This document shows positions 50,246-59,561 of a stretch of DNA of 64,000 nucleotides, one piece after another (position 1 is the first letter of the stretch; each line of letters begins with the position of its first letter). The stretch is from a virus: positions 35,955-99,954 of the IMG/VR virus record IMGVR_UViG_3300035158_000222; one strand, given 5' to 3'. The position numbers and the translations under genes were made by a program. The notes under the pieces are model-generated. The model made no database searches. It was not told the DNA's origin and saw only the letters and a list, made by a program, of their open reading frames with translations.

Positions 50246-52807
50246 ATGAATCTCAAAACATTATTTGCGCGTGTTATTCAGGCGCAAGAAAAACACATCA
50301 CCTTCTTAGACGCAACCCAGAAGAACCTGGCGTACTTCCTGTTCGGCAAGAACATTGATCTTGTCAAGAAGTACACCATCCCTAAGATAGATATTCTGGG
50401 AGTAGTCAACAGCTTCACTCCTGCACCGGACAATCCGTTGCATCACATCGTGGCTTCGTTCACTGATGAGATAGCAGCCTCTGAATTCAGGACCACTGTG
50501 AAGCCTCATCCGGTCCAGGGTAAGGAACCGTATGAGTCGTATGGTGAAATGCTGGAGACCCAGTTGGCCAGGGTCCACCAGTTAAGTAAACGAAGGCTGT
50601 ACCTAAAGCCTATGGTCTTCGAGCTACTTGCCCATGGCTACTTTGGATTATACTTTGACGGATTCAGGTACTATTACCTGACCGCGTATGATCTATTCCC
50701 TGGTGATCAGAACATACATGATATCCAGGATCAACAGTTCATAGTAAGAAAGACCTCGGTCAACAAGATGACCCTTCAAGTTGCGGGCATTGACCCGACC
50801 CAGGAGTCTCCTGAGCCGGCCGAGTATAGTCATCTCGATGATCTGGAGATGTTCACTCTGTATGATGTATACGTGAAGACACATGATCTGAACGTAGCCT
50901 TCACGCAGAAGGGAACAGTAGTTTACCAGCAGCCATTCAGGTATCCGAAGAGATTTCCAATTGCAGTAGCCAATACATCAGAGCTGATGACGTCATTCTA
51001 CAGTGTGCCGATCATCAGCCAGCTCATTCAAAAGCTTATCGACTATCAGAAAGCACGGACATCCATTAAGGAATCGTCCAGCTCTATCGCTAAGCCTATT
51101 CTGACTTACGATTCAGACTCCGGTATTGACGTCAATAAGCTGCACGCCGCCCTAAAGATGGGATACAAGCACGTCATTGTCGGTAAAAACAGGGAAGGAG
51201 ATATTAACTTTAAGCAACCGGGACATCTTCCGACGTATGCTCAGCAACTGCCTGATAATATTGAAGAGGATATTATGAAATTCCTGGGGCTTAATAAGAC
51301 CTTCATGGGAATGCCGAACGTAGGGGCCCGTGAGAGAGGCGCCCTTGCCAGGCTGTTAAAGACGTCATTCAGGAAGCTAGCATCTATCTCAGGTCTTGTT
51401 GAAGAATGCTTTAGCGATATGGACAAGTACATCATTGACTTCTGGAACGATCATCGCATCACTACCAGCAGACGCACAGGTCTTAACCTGGAGGAGATCT
51501 TCTCCTGTACATCCGGACACAACGTGGAGTACGTACCGTCCGAGCGGTTCAGAGCCTACTCTTCTGAGGACTCTCTTGAGAAGAAAGCTTTCGTCCTCAA
51601 TAAGTGGAAGGCTAAGATGATCCCGACTGAGGCTGCACTAGAACAGATGGGTGAAGACCAGCCACGCAAGCTTATTAAGCAAATGAAGAACCAGATGATG
51701 GATGACCAGGAATTCTCCATTGAGCTGGGACAAAAAGCACGGACAAAGATCTCCAAGTCTCTGTTTGACGAGGTCTCTGAGAGACTGAATGGACAGCTGA
51801 ACTGGAGATATTATCTTACCCCTGTGTCTGACGGTAAGCTTATGGTAAAGGTCCACATCGCAGAGGCTAAGCTGACATCATTCCTACTCTCTGACTTTTC
51901 CGATAAGGTAATGATAGACGCCTATGCTGACGATGTTGCCCCATCGGCAGAACAGATCACACCGGAGACTGCACCTGAACTGCCGCCAGCTCCACCGGAA
52001 GTTCCCGCTGAACCAACGGCAGCTGCTGCTGAACCGGTACCATCGGAGCCAGAGCGAAGAGGGAGACCGGCGCCTGTACCTCCTGTAGAAGAGCCGGTAA
52101 AAAAAGGAGAGGCGCCTGAAGCTTCGATTCCCACGGTCCCAGGAGAAGAAGAACCGGCGCCTGCACCAGTCGGAGAGGGATTCAGTGAGTCAAAGATCGA
52201 AGCATATGTAGCCAAATCAAAACCTATCTACAACTCCCAGAAATATTTTGACCTGCCTGGTATGTACATAGTAGAGCCGCACGCTAAGTGGGTATACCTT
52301 GGAAGAAAACTGGCCTTAGTATTAGGACAGGAAGCTCCCAACCAACTCAATAAGCCGATGCTCTTCTGTGGAAAACAAGTATATGGTGTTATAATCCTTC
52401 GTGAGATTGTCAGTCAGTTTGACTTTAAGGCTACGCAGCGATACCATATGGTATCCGATAAGGATAAAGCCAAATGGTGGGGCAGCAAGCCCGTGTTCCT
52501 TTATATGTTCGAGTTCTATCCGTTTAAGTTTGCCGTGGATTACAACAGAAAGCCTGGAGTAACCACGTTCTTCGGCGATGTAGAGATAGCTGAACAGCCT
52601 GAACCTCCATCAAAGATGCCAACGCTGAAAGGCGCTGATGTCGTTACGACTGAGACTAGTGAGGAAGAAGGGCATAAGCATACAGCTACCTTCTATCGGA
52701 ATTCAGGAAATGGTAGAACAAGTACGGACAAGGACCACTTTCATTTAATTAAAGAGTTTAAGATTCAAGAGTATCATAATCATACTCATGATCTGAACTA
52801 CGAATAG
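50246..52807 (+). CDS. portal protein with C-terminal extension
   Basis: Position between TerL and scaffold/MCP; helical core, then a Pro/Glu linker, an ASCH-like segment and a His-rich tail. Confidence 0.7.
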   Translation: MNLKTLFARVIQAQEKHITFLDATQKNLAYFLFGKNIDLVKKYTIPKIDILGVVNSFTPAPDNPLHHIVASFTDEIAASEFRTTVKPHPVQGKEPYESYGEMLETQLARVHQLSKRRLYLKPMVFELLAHGYFGLYFDGFRYYYLTAYDLFPGDQNIHDIQDQQFIVRKTSVNKMTLQVAGIDPTQESPEPAEYSHLDDLEMFTLYDVYVKTHDLNVAFTQKGTVVYQQPFRYPKRFPIAVANTSELMTSFYSVPIISQLIQKLIDYQKARTSIKESSSSIAKPILTYDSDSGIDVNKLHAALKMGYKHVIVGKNREGDINFKQPGHLPTYAQQLPDNIEEDIMKFLGLNKTFMGMPNVGARERGALARLLKTSFRKLASISGLVEECFSDMDKYIIDFWNDHRITTSRRTGLNLEEIFSCTSGHNVEYVPSERFRAYSSEDSLEKKAFVLNKWKAKMIPTEAALEQMGEDQPRKLIKQMKNQMMDDQEFSIELGQKARTKISKSLFDEVSERLNGQLNWRYYLTPVSDGKLMVKVHIAEAKLTSFLLSDFSDKVMIDAYADDVAPSAEQITPETAPELPPAPPEVPAEPTAAAAEPVPSEPERRGRPAPVPPVEEPVKKGEAPEASIPTVPGEEEPAPAPVGEGFSESKIEAYVAKSKPIYNSQKYFDLPGMYIVEPHAKWVYLGRKLALVLGQEAPNQLNKPMLFCGKQVYGVIILREIVSQFDFKATQRYHMVSDKDKAKWWGSKPVFLYMFEFYPFKFAVDYNRKPGVTTFFGDVEIAEQPEPPSKMPTLKGADVVTTETSEEEGHKHTATFYRNSGNGRTSTDKDHFHLIKEFKIQEYHNHTHDLNYE

Positions 52808-52808
52808 T

Positions 52809-53103
52809 ATGGCCCTATCAGAAAGAGAAACTAGCACGAAGCAGAAGTTTATCCTTCGTAAGAAGGCAGCGAAGAAGCTTCGTAAGAAGGTCATAAAGAG
52901 GGCCACTGCTAACTACTAAACATATGGCAAAGAAGTGGATTCAAAAAGCCTTTAAGGATATCAAGAAGCGTGGAACAGAGGGCGTCTGTACAGGAGCTAA
53001 GTTCGGCGGACCGACCTGTCCTCCGGGATCTAAGCGGTACAATATGGCCAAGACTTTGCGAAAGTTAGCGGCTAGACGCGTTCGTAAAGCACGCAAAGGA
53101 TAA
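52809..53103 (+). other. two small very basic CDSs (52809-52919, 36 aa; 52924-53103, 59 aa)
   Basis: MALSERE...RKKAAKKLRKK and MAKKWIQKAFKDIKKRG...AKTLRKL; both are below the ORF-track cutoff. Confidence 0.6.
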
Positions 53104-53130
53104 TCAGACTTGCGAACTTAAGTTCGTAGT

Positions 53131-53159
53131 TTGACGACCACTAATAATTATTATATAAT
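53131..53159 (+). promoter_or_regulatory. sigma70-type promoter for scaffold/capsid genes
   Basis: TTGACG-17 bp-TATAAT, with the palindrome at 53113-53126 directly upstream. Confidence 0.8.
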
Positions 53160-53174
53160 TAAAGCATGACCACT

Positions 53175-53318
53175 ATGAGAGACAAAGAAACTTACCAGAA
53201 GGCTGCGGGTATTATCCGTAAAGGCCTTCAGGCTAAGCCAAGTGGGGAAGGCACAAATAATCAACCTAATGATCCTCAGCCAGCTGACCCAAAGCCAGCG
53301 GGAGAGGAACAGAAGTAG
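53175..53318 (+). CDS. small protein in frame with the scaffold
   Basis: 47 aa ending PADPKPAGEEQK-TAG. Confidence 0.5.
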   Translation: MRDKETYQKAAGIIRKGLQAKPSGEGTNNQPNDPQPADPKPAGEEQK

Positions 53319-53324
53319 ACCACT

Positions 53325-54233
53325 ATGGATCCCAACAACCCACTAGATCCAAATGGTAACCCGTTACCGGATCCAAATGCTGCAGGTAATCCGCCAGCCG
53401 CGGACCCTCAGCCAGCTAATCCCCCAGCTGGAGATCCCCCAGCAGACCCAAAGCCTGCTGATCCTCCGGCGGGAGATCCTCCGGCAGATCCGAAACCTGC
53501 CGACCCCAAAGCAGGTGATCCCCCAGCGGATCCCAAACCTGCTGAAGATCCTAAAGATAAAAGGATCGACTCTCTTCAAGAGACGCTAGATGCGGCCCTG
53601 GAAGAGATTCAGAAGTTCACTACAAAGAAAGACGACGAACCTGAGATCAAGCCTGGCGATCCAAAGCCAGCAGATCCTGCTGACCCGAAACCGGCTGATC
53701 CTAAGCCGGCTGATCCAGCTCCCCAAGATCCGAAGCCTGCCGATCCTGCACCGCAGGACCCTAAGGCAGCTGACGATAAACCATGGAAAGCTGAGCTGCA
53801 GAAGATGAGAGAAGAGAATGAAGCTAAGTTCCACGAGATGGCTCTGCGTGACGAGATGGTCGGTATAACAGCCGAGCTCAAGTCCGCTATCGTAGCATAT
53901 CCTAGTGCTGACGAGAATAAGATTCTCTTGGAAGTTGAATCAGGTTCTGATAAGTCCATTATGGACTTGGCGAAAGCACAGCATGAAGCACACAATTCCT
54001 TAGTTGATAATATACGTAAGGAAGAAGCAGAGAAAGCCAAAGAGGCTCTTGCAAAAGAGAACGAGGGCAAGATTACAGTCCCTCAATCCTCTGGTTCTTC
54101 TGCGGCTCCAACAGGTACGCCTGACCCGAACCAACCCACCCAGCCGGGTGGACAAGGTTCACTCCACACCAAGCAGGCTCATGACCGCGCTTGGGCGGAT
54201 GCCACTAAGGCAGCGAAGGCAAACCTCCAGTGA
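53325..54233 (+). CDS. capsid scaffolding protein with Pro-Ala-Asp repeats
   Basis: DPKPA / GDPPA repeats and coiled coils, directly upstream of the MCP. Confidence 0.75.
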   Translation: MDPNNPLDPNGNPLPDPNAAGNPPAADPQPANPPAGDPPADPKPADPPAGDPPADPKPADPKAGDPPADPKPAEDPKDKRIDSLQETLDAALEEIQKFTTKKDDEPEIKPGDPKPADPADPKPADPKPADPAPQDPKPADPAPQDPKAADDKPWKAELQKMREENEAKFHEMALRDEMVGITAELKSAIVAYPSADENKILLEVESGSDKSIMDLAKAQHEAHNSLVDNIRKEEAEKAKEALAKENEGKITVPQSSGSSAAPTGTPDPNQPTQPGGQGSLHTKQAHDRAWADATKAAKANLQ

Positions 54234-54286
54234 GTATAAACCGTTGTTCTATTAATTACTAATTTCAACTATAATAGGACAACTAT

Positions 54287-56748
54287 ATGGCGGAAACCGT
54301 ACTTAACGAACTGCAGACCTCTACACATCAGAGGTTTATGCCGCTCGTTACAAACCAAATTTACGAGGGTTCCCCGATTACAGAACGTATCTTTAAAGCT
54401 TCGCAAGAGGGCGACTTCGGTCTAGCTCTTCCTAGCTTTGACGGTCGTGAAATCGTTGAGCCGCTCGAGGTTGGTTACGTTACAGCTCAAACCAAAGGTG
54501 GAGCTACTGACGTTACTGACTCCGTGGGTTCCTATCTCACCACAACCACTTGGGCTGCTGGTGAGCAAGACATTTTGTCAGGTGCCCATTATCCGTAAAC
54601 ATTTTCTGCGGATATAAAATCTGTCTTGATAAAGGGAAAGCTGAAATTGCTAATCCTTACCAAGCAGAGGACTTTATAAATTAACGCATGTTCAATTATG
54701 CACAAGAGTAAAATGGCACAAGTTGCCTATCTTGCTGGGATAGTTGATGGCGAGGGATCGTTCACGATCAGGAAGAAGACGTACTCCAATGGACGTACGC
54801 TCTATACTCCACGTATTACTATTGGTATGAACGATGCACGTCCGCTAGACCTGGCATACGGTATGTTCGGCGGGGCAATAAGGGCCCGACGGACCACCGG
54901 AACTAATGTACCATGCATCTTCCACTGGGAGATATCATGTACAAAGGCCAAGAAAGCAGCAAAGATATTGCTGCCATATCTACGGGTCAAGCCGGATCAA
55001 GCTCGATTACTTATCGATATGCAGACTAGGATAGAAATTGGAAAGAAGAATAGAACCTGGTCAATAAAGAGCGGTAAGAATTCTATAGATCCTTTGCCGG
55101 ATCATGAGCTACAAGTTCGTAAAGAGATGTGGCTCAAGATGAAAGAATTAAATTCCCCTCGCAATGTTAGTCCTCGTGCAGGTGCAGAGACTAAGCAGAC
55201 AGAACTAGAAGGTAAATATTCTAAACTTCTAGTAAGCGATAGTCCGAGCCCTAAGGAATAGAAACTTAGGGAAGGTACATTGGGAAGATATTTGCTAATG
55301 TTAGCCTATAACTTAGCAGATCATATAAATATTATATGGTATGTCGTTCCTTAAATCACTTTTAATTAAGGCAGAGGCTGAGATTGCTAATGCCTAGCAA
55401 GCAAAATGAAGAAAGATAAAGCTCTTCAAGTTGCTTATGCCGCAGGCCTATTCGATGGAGAGGGATGCATAGTCGCTCTCAACAGAACTGACAGAAAAGG
55501 ACACCATTATCGTATTGCTCTCCAGATATGGATGAGCTCAAGCGAATGGGTGGACCATATGATCGGAATGTTTGGTGGAAAGGTCAGGCTTTCATACGGC
55601 GGGACGAAGAAGCCCGGGTGGATCTGGGATCTACAGGGCTTACCCAAAGTAAAGAAAGCATTAAAGACCATGCTTCCATTCCTAAAGGTGAAACGAATAG
55701 AGGCAGAGCTGGCTATCAGACTAATAGACCGGATGATCGTAGCCCAACGTAGAAATACTAAAGGCGTACGATACAACAAAGGTTTGTCAAAACATGAGAT
55801 AGCACAGCGGCAGAAGTTACTTGACGCGATCAAGGATCGCAAACAGATCCAATTCGGTATACCTAAGTGCATACCAAGGGATCAGCATAAATTCATTTGT
55901 GCAGCTGTAGAGACTAAGTATAGTGACACTGTTAAATCAAAGACAGTGAGGCCATAGTCCGACACCAAGTTAAATCAAGCTTGGCTAAAACAGTTAGGTA
56001 TCACGTTACCATCAAGATTCATAACCTGCGTCTTGCTGAGAACCAAGGTGCTTCCCGGATCATTGACATCGCTGCTATTAAGCTGCGAAACGCTACAAAG
56101 CGATTAAGAAATGCCATCGTTGCCGACTTCTACGGAAGTCAGGTTGACGGCGATGCTTCTGGTAAGATGGTAGGACTTGGTGGCGCTGTCCAAGGCGACC
56201 CAGGATCTGAAACTCTTGTCGGCGGAATCGACATGGATACCAATTCATGGTGGAGAGGCTATGTTGACAGTTCAACAACTGTTCTGACATGGGATGCTCT
56301 TAATGCTATGTGGTACGACACTAAGAGATTTGGTGACCAAGATCCTCCAACGGTCATGGTCTGCTCTCCTGGTGTACTCGAAGCATATGAAAACAGTCTG
56401 AGTAAGGTAGTACCTACTGGCCCAATTGCTGGTGGAACAGCTTACTTCTCTGGCACTCGCTTCGGTTCAGACATTTCAAAGAGTCGTGTTGCTTTCGGTG
56501 GATATGATGGCTTTATCTTCAAGGGTATTCCGATGATCGAAGATCGTCACTGCCCGTCATCTCACCTTTTCATGATCAACGAGAACTACCTTAACTGGAG
56601 AGTTCTGCAGAACTTCATGAGCACAGGTTGGATGCAGCTGAAGTCACAAGGTAAGGACTACGTTCAGTTGACTATCAACGGATACGGTGCTCTTACTTTC
56701 AACGCACTGCAAAAGCACGGTAAGTTCAACAACATTACAGAAGCCTAG
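54287..56748 (+). CDS. major capsid protein, spliced: join(54287..54596, 55283..55289, 55998..56748), 355 aa
   Basis: Splicing restores ...AHYP-W-K-M-YHVTIKI in frame (1068 nt). Downstream motifs GLGG..., LVGGID..TNSWWR and FKGIPMIEDRHCP fit HK97-fold capsids. Confidence 0.85.
54597..55282 (+). mobile_element. group I intron 1 in the MCP
   Basis: P1 TATCCGT/GCGGATA with U-G at the splice site, P10 GGAAGAT/ATTTTCT, GAGACTAAG...ATAGTCC (P7), P9 CCCTAAG/CTTAGGG, terminal G. Confidence 0.88.
54698..55261 (+). CDS. intron-encoded LAGLIDADG homing endonuclease
   Basis: AYLAGIVDGEGSF...LLPYLRVK. Confidence 0.92.
   Translation: MHKSKMAQVAYLAGIVDGEGSFTIRKKTYSNGRTLYTPRITIGMNDARPLDLAYGMFGGAIRARRTTGTNVPCIFHWEISCTKAKKAAKILLPYLRVKPDQARLLIDMQTRIEIGKKNRTWSIKSGKNSIDPLPDHELQVRKEMWLKMKELNSPRNVSPRAGAETKQTELEGKYSKLLVSDSPSPKE
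55290..55997 (+). mobile_element. group I intron 2 in the MCP
   Basis: P1 GGAA-GAT|AT with ATGTC-g-TTCC (U-G), P10 GTATC/GGTAT, GAGACTAAG...ATAGTCC, P9 CCAAG/CTTGG, terminal G. Confidence 0.88.
55406..55957 (+). CDS. intron-encoded LAGLIDADG homing endonuclease
   Basis: AYAAGLFDGEGCI...MLPFLKVKR. Confidence 0.92.
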   Translation: MKKDKALQVAYAAGLFDGEGCIVALNRTDRKGHHYRIALQIWMSSSEWVDHMIGMFGGKVRLSYGGTKKPGWIWDLQGLPKVKKALKTMLPFLKVKRIEAELAIRLIDRMIVAQRRNTKGVRYNKGLSKHEIAQRQKLLDAIKDRKQIQFGIPKCIPRDQHKFICAAVETKYSDTVKSKTVRP

Positions 56749-56762
56749 TTGATATAGAAACT

Positions 56763-56797
56763 AAAAAAAGACTCACCTTTATCGGGTGGGTCTTTTT
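56763..56797. terminator. bidirectional intrinsic terminator between convergent operons
   Basis: A run-GACTCACC-loop-GGTGGGTC-T run. Confidence 0.85.
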
Positions 56798-56800
56798 GTA

Positions 56801-57079
56801 TTAGAGTTCTAAATCTTCTAGGCAGGATACTTTCTTGGGCCATTGCCATTGGCTTGGGCCCTCTCCCTCAAGGATTCCCTTGGCGAAGAAGATGCCGCCT
56901 GTATTGCTCATAACGAACAAGTCACAGACCAGGCATTTGTCACCAGTGCTCTCTATCTCACCCATTTCTACCTTTTGGATGATTGCTGGCGACTGGATAG
57001 GAGGATACTTTCCATCGGCTGATCCCGGATGGTTATATATCACAACCCTACCCATGCTAGGTAATTTGGTTGTATTCAT
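56801..57079 (-). CDS. hypothetical protein
   Basis: PSMGRVVIY...SPAII...WQWP, a phage-type small protein. Confidence 0.65.
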   Translation of the reverse strand: MNTTKLPSMGRVVIYNHPGSADGKYPPIQSPAIIQKVEMGEIESTGDKCLVCDLFVMSNTGGIFFAKGILEGEGPSQWQWPKKVSCLEDLEL

Positions 57080-57711
57080 ATTTCTAGTAAATTGCAGGCC
57101 TTTATATGTTTACACTTGAGCCGGTAGTCCATGTAAATCTTGTATCCCTTTGCTCCTGCGTTAACGCAGAAGTACATATCCTCTCCATACTCTACCATAC
57201 CATTGCTATCCTTCTGTGTTCTAAAGATGGGATGATAGAGTTTGGTAGCTCCCTTGGACAACATGACGCATCCGAAACCAACAGCGTCTACTCGTTCCAG
57301 TTTTTTACCCTCATAGCTGACGAAGCCGGAGCCTTTTTTCTTTAGCTTGTAGCCGTTCCATTTTTTCTCAAGGCACTTCTTATCAAAGTTAGGCTGTATT
57401 AGGGGACATGCAGCTGCTACTATATTCCTTGACTTCATTGCATCTACCATCTGATCTAAGGCCTCTACCGGAGGGACGATGTCGTCATCGATCATCATAA
57501 GATAATCATACGGCAGATTGTGAAAGTACTTCACGATCTTGTTTCGGCATACATCGATGGGCTGCGTGAATGGCTCGAAATGTATAGCTATACGATGATC
57601 TGATTTGTGGCTCCAATTAAGGAGACGCATCATCAGCTCAAAGTATACCTGGCCAGTCCTTGTAGGAATGGCTATAAAGACTCTTTTGATTTTATCTGTT
57701 TCGTCTTTCAT
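57076..57711 (-). CDS. GT-A fold (family 2-like) glycosyltransferase
   Basis: IAIPT, CRNKIV, YLMMIDDD, VDAVGFGC, GEDMYFC. Confidence 0.85.
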   Translation of the reverse strand: MKDETDKIKRVFIAIPTRTGQVYFELMMRLLNWSHKSDHRIAIHFEPFTQPIDVCRNKIVKYFHNLPYDYLMMIDDDIVPPVEALDQMVDAMKSRNIVAAACPLIQPNFDKKCLEKKWNGYKLKKKGSGFVSYEGKKLERVDAVGFGCVMLSKGATKLYHPIFRTQKDSNGMVEYGEDMYFCVNAGAKGYKIYMDYRLKCKHIKACNLLEI

Positions 57712-57832
57712 AGATATATTGAAAGGGGATCATAATTGATCCCCCTTCGATTGCCATATAATTCTTCATTCGGCAGTGACGGTTCCCTAATGGGACGTAT
57801 ATACCTGATGAGATGTACTCGAGAGTACTAGC

Positions 57833-58114
57833 TTACATACCACTGACGGCGGTACCAGGAGCGCTAGCTACATGCTCATCACCCTGATCTGGAGCAGCTT
57901 CTTTAGGAGCCTCTTCCTTCGGGGCTTCTTCGGCTGGCTGCTCGTCCTCCACGGGACTTCCATCTGGATTCACTGGCTTGCCTGTGTTGACATCAACACC
58001 TGGCATTTGTGGTCCAGCTGGTACTTCTACCCCCGGAGCTGAAGCTTCGGCTTGCGGCTGTTCCGCATCCTTTGCTTCTAAATTGGCGTCGCCATTTAAT
58101 TTTTCTTCAGACAT
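57833..58114 (-). CDS. acidic low-complexity protein
   Basis: E/P/A-rich ORF. Confidence 0.55.
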   Translation of the reverse strand: MSEEKLNGDANLEAKDAEQPQAEASAPGVEVPAGPQMPGVDVNTGKPVNPDGSPVEDEQPAEEAPKEEAPKEAAPDQGDEHVASAPGTAVSGM

Positions 58115-58125
58115 AAATCTTTTAA

Positions 58126-58383
58126 TTAGTCTTTTAAACATAGCTTTGTTAGCTTAGCTAAGTTATCTTCATCGTAACCTACTATATAATTGTAATCGTC
58201 CTCCTCAAGTTTATACTCTACAAGCGGCAACTGCTCGGTACCTGCTCTCTTCATAGACTTCAACGCTGTCTCAAGGTCTGCGTCAGCGTCTATAACCTCG
58301 AGGTCTACACCCCTGTTTAAGAGATATACTTTTACGAGGAGGCAAGACTTACAGCCTGCAACTGTGAAGAGTTTAACTTTCAT
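58126..58383 (-). CDS. glutaredoxin-like protein
   Basis: T..GCKSC...VK.YL...GV, QLP, IVGYD. Confidence 0.85.
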   Translation of the reverse strand: MKVKLFTVAGCKSCLLVKVYLLNRGVDLEVIDADADLETALKSMKRAGTEQLPLVEYKLEEDDYNYIVGYDEDNLAKLTKLCLKD

Positions 58384-58936
58384 ATATGGCTACGATCTGC
58401 CCCTTATAAATTACATGCCTAGCAGCAGTTCCGCATTTCTTATAAAAATCGGGAACTGACTCAAACACCTGTAGGTGTGCTGTATATGGCATATTCATGG
58501 GGCTGCTTATAATTACATTATAGCTTATTTTTCTGCACCTGTCTAATACTTCTTTCGGGTTTTCCAGGTGCTCCAGGACATCCAATAAAAAAGTAGCATC
58601 GAACTTTTGGTCTGGATGTGCTACTTCAAAGATGTACTGGTTCAAGTCCATTAGGAGATATTCAGGGCCGGGGTACCACTGACCTGCGCGATCCATTCGA
58701 ACTACCGAGTAATCCACGCCGGTTACTTTGTACTTCATCCTATCGGATAGATAAAAGGAGAACCTTCCGTCTCCACATCCGAGATCAAGTACCCTTCCTT
58801 TGTGTGGTATATCAGCTTTCAGCTGCCCAAGAACTTCCGGAATATCCTCGGGCGATAGCGCTGTACCGTAACCAGGATGTGAATTATAGTGGTCCTGTAG
58901 TTCCTTTTCCTTTTTGTTCTTGACTTTTATTTCCAT
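58373..58936 (-). CDS. class I SAM-dependent methyltransferase
   Basis: VLDLGCGDG, GVDYS, DVLEHL. Confidence 0.9.
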   Translation of the reverse strand: MEIKVKNKKEKELQDHYNSHPGYGTALSPEDIPEVLGQLKADIPHKGRVLDLGCGDGRFSFYLSDRMKYKVTGVDYSVVRMDRAGQWYPGPEYLLMDLNQYIFEVAHPDQKFDATFLLDVLEHLENPKEVLDRCRKISYNVIISSPMNMPYTAHLQVFESVPDFYKKCGTAARHVIYKGQIVAIYES

Positions 58937-59204
58937 CTATCATGATGACGATAGACTTATCGTCTTTAAATTTGTTAACCATATCATTGTAGGAAACAAG
59001 TGCATCCATGATGTTATCATAGTTCAAATGCTCCGCAAGAGGAAGAGAATGTACTCCGTCATAGCCATAGGCGTAGACGTTATACTCTGTCTTGCCCTTC
59101 AGGGAAATTGATTGAGTCATTGCGACTCTTACCTTGTTTCCCTTGCTTGCCAGGCTCTTGAAGTCCTGGTATGTTATTGTTTCTTCGACGTCTTTGAATG
59201 ACAT
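58884..59204 (-). CDS. hypothetical protein (EALV-motif paralogue family)
   Basis: NYDNIMDALVSYN matches NYRNIIEALVKFE of 41042-41404. Confidence 0.6.
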   Translation of the reverse strand: MSFKDVEETITYQDFKSLASKGNKVRVAMTQSISLKGKTEYNVYAYGYDGVHSLPLAEHLNYDNIMDALVSYNDMVNKFKDDKSIVIMIDGNKSQEQKGKGTTGPL

Positions 59205-59561
59205 GTAGTTTCCTTTTGATACGATAGCGCTCGGCCCTATCTGCCTGATGCTTCCTTTTCTTCCGTGTTCCCCAGCCGTCGCCTTTTTTGTATGACTTAG
59301 TTGAAAATGCCATATGAATTGGGGAAAAATTTGCTCACCCAGTGACACTTCCTTAATAGGCGGTATGGGTGGGTGTGTTTAGAGGCAACGAACTTAAGTT
59401 CGTGTGTGCCTTTTGCTTAACATGAGCCATAGACAGCGTCATCCGGTAGGATTAAGAATTAGAGGATGGGCTGACGAACCATGGGCTGGCTAGGCTCTAC
59501 ATGGTATTTCGGCGGTGCTCCTAATGGAACCCTATGGCAGTGTGTTGCTGCGCTTGCCTTA

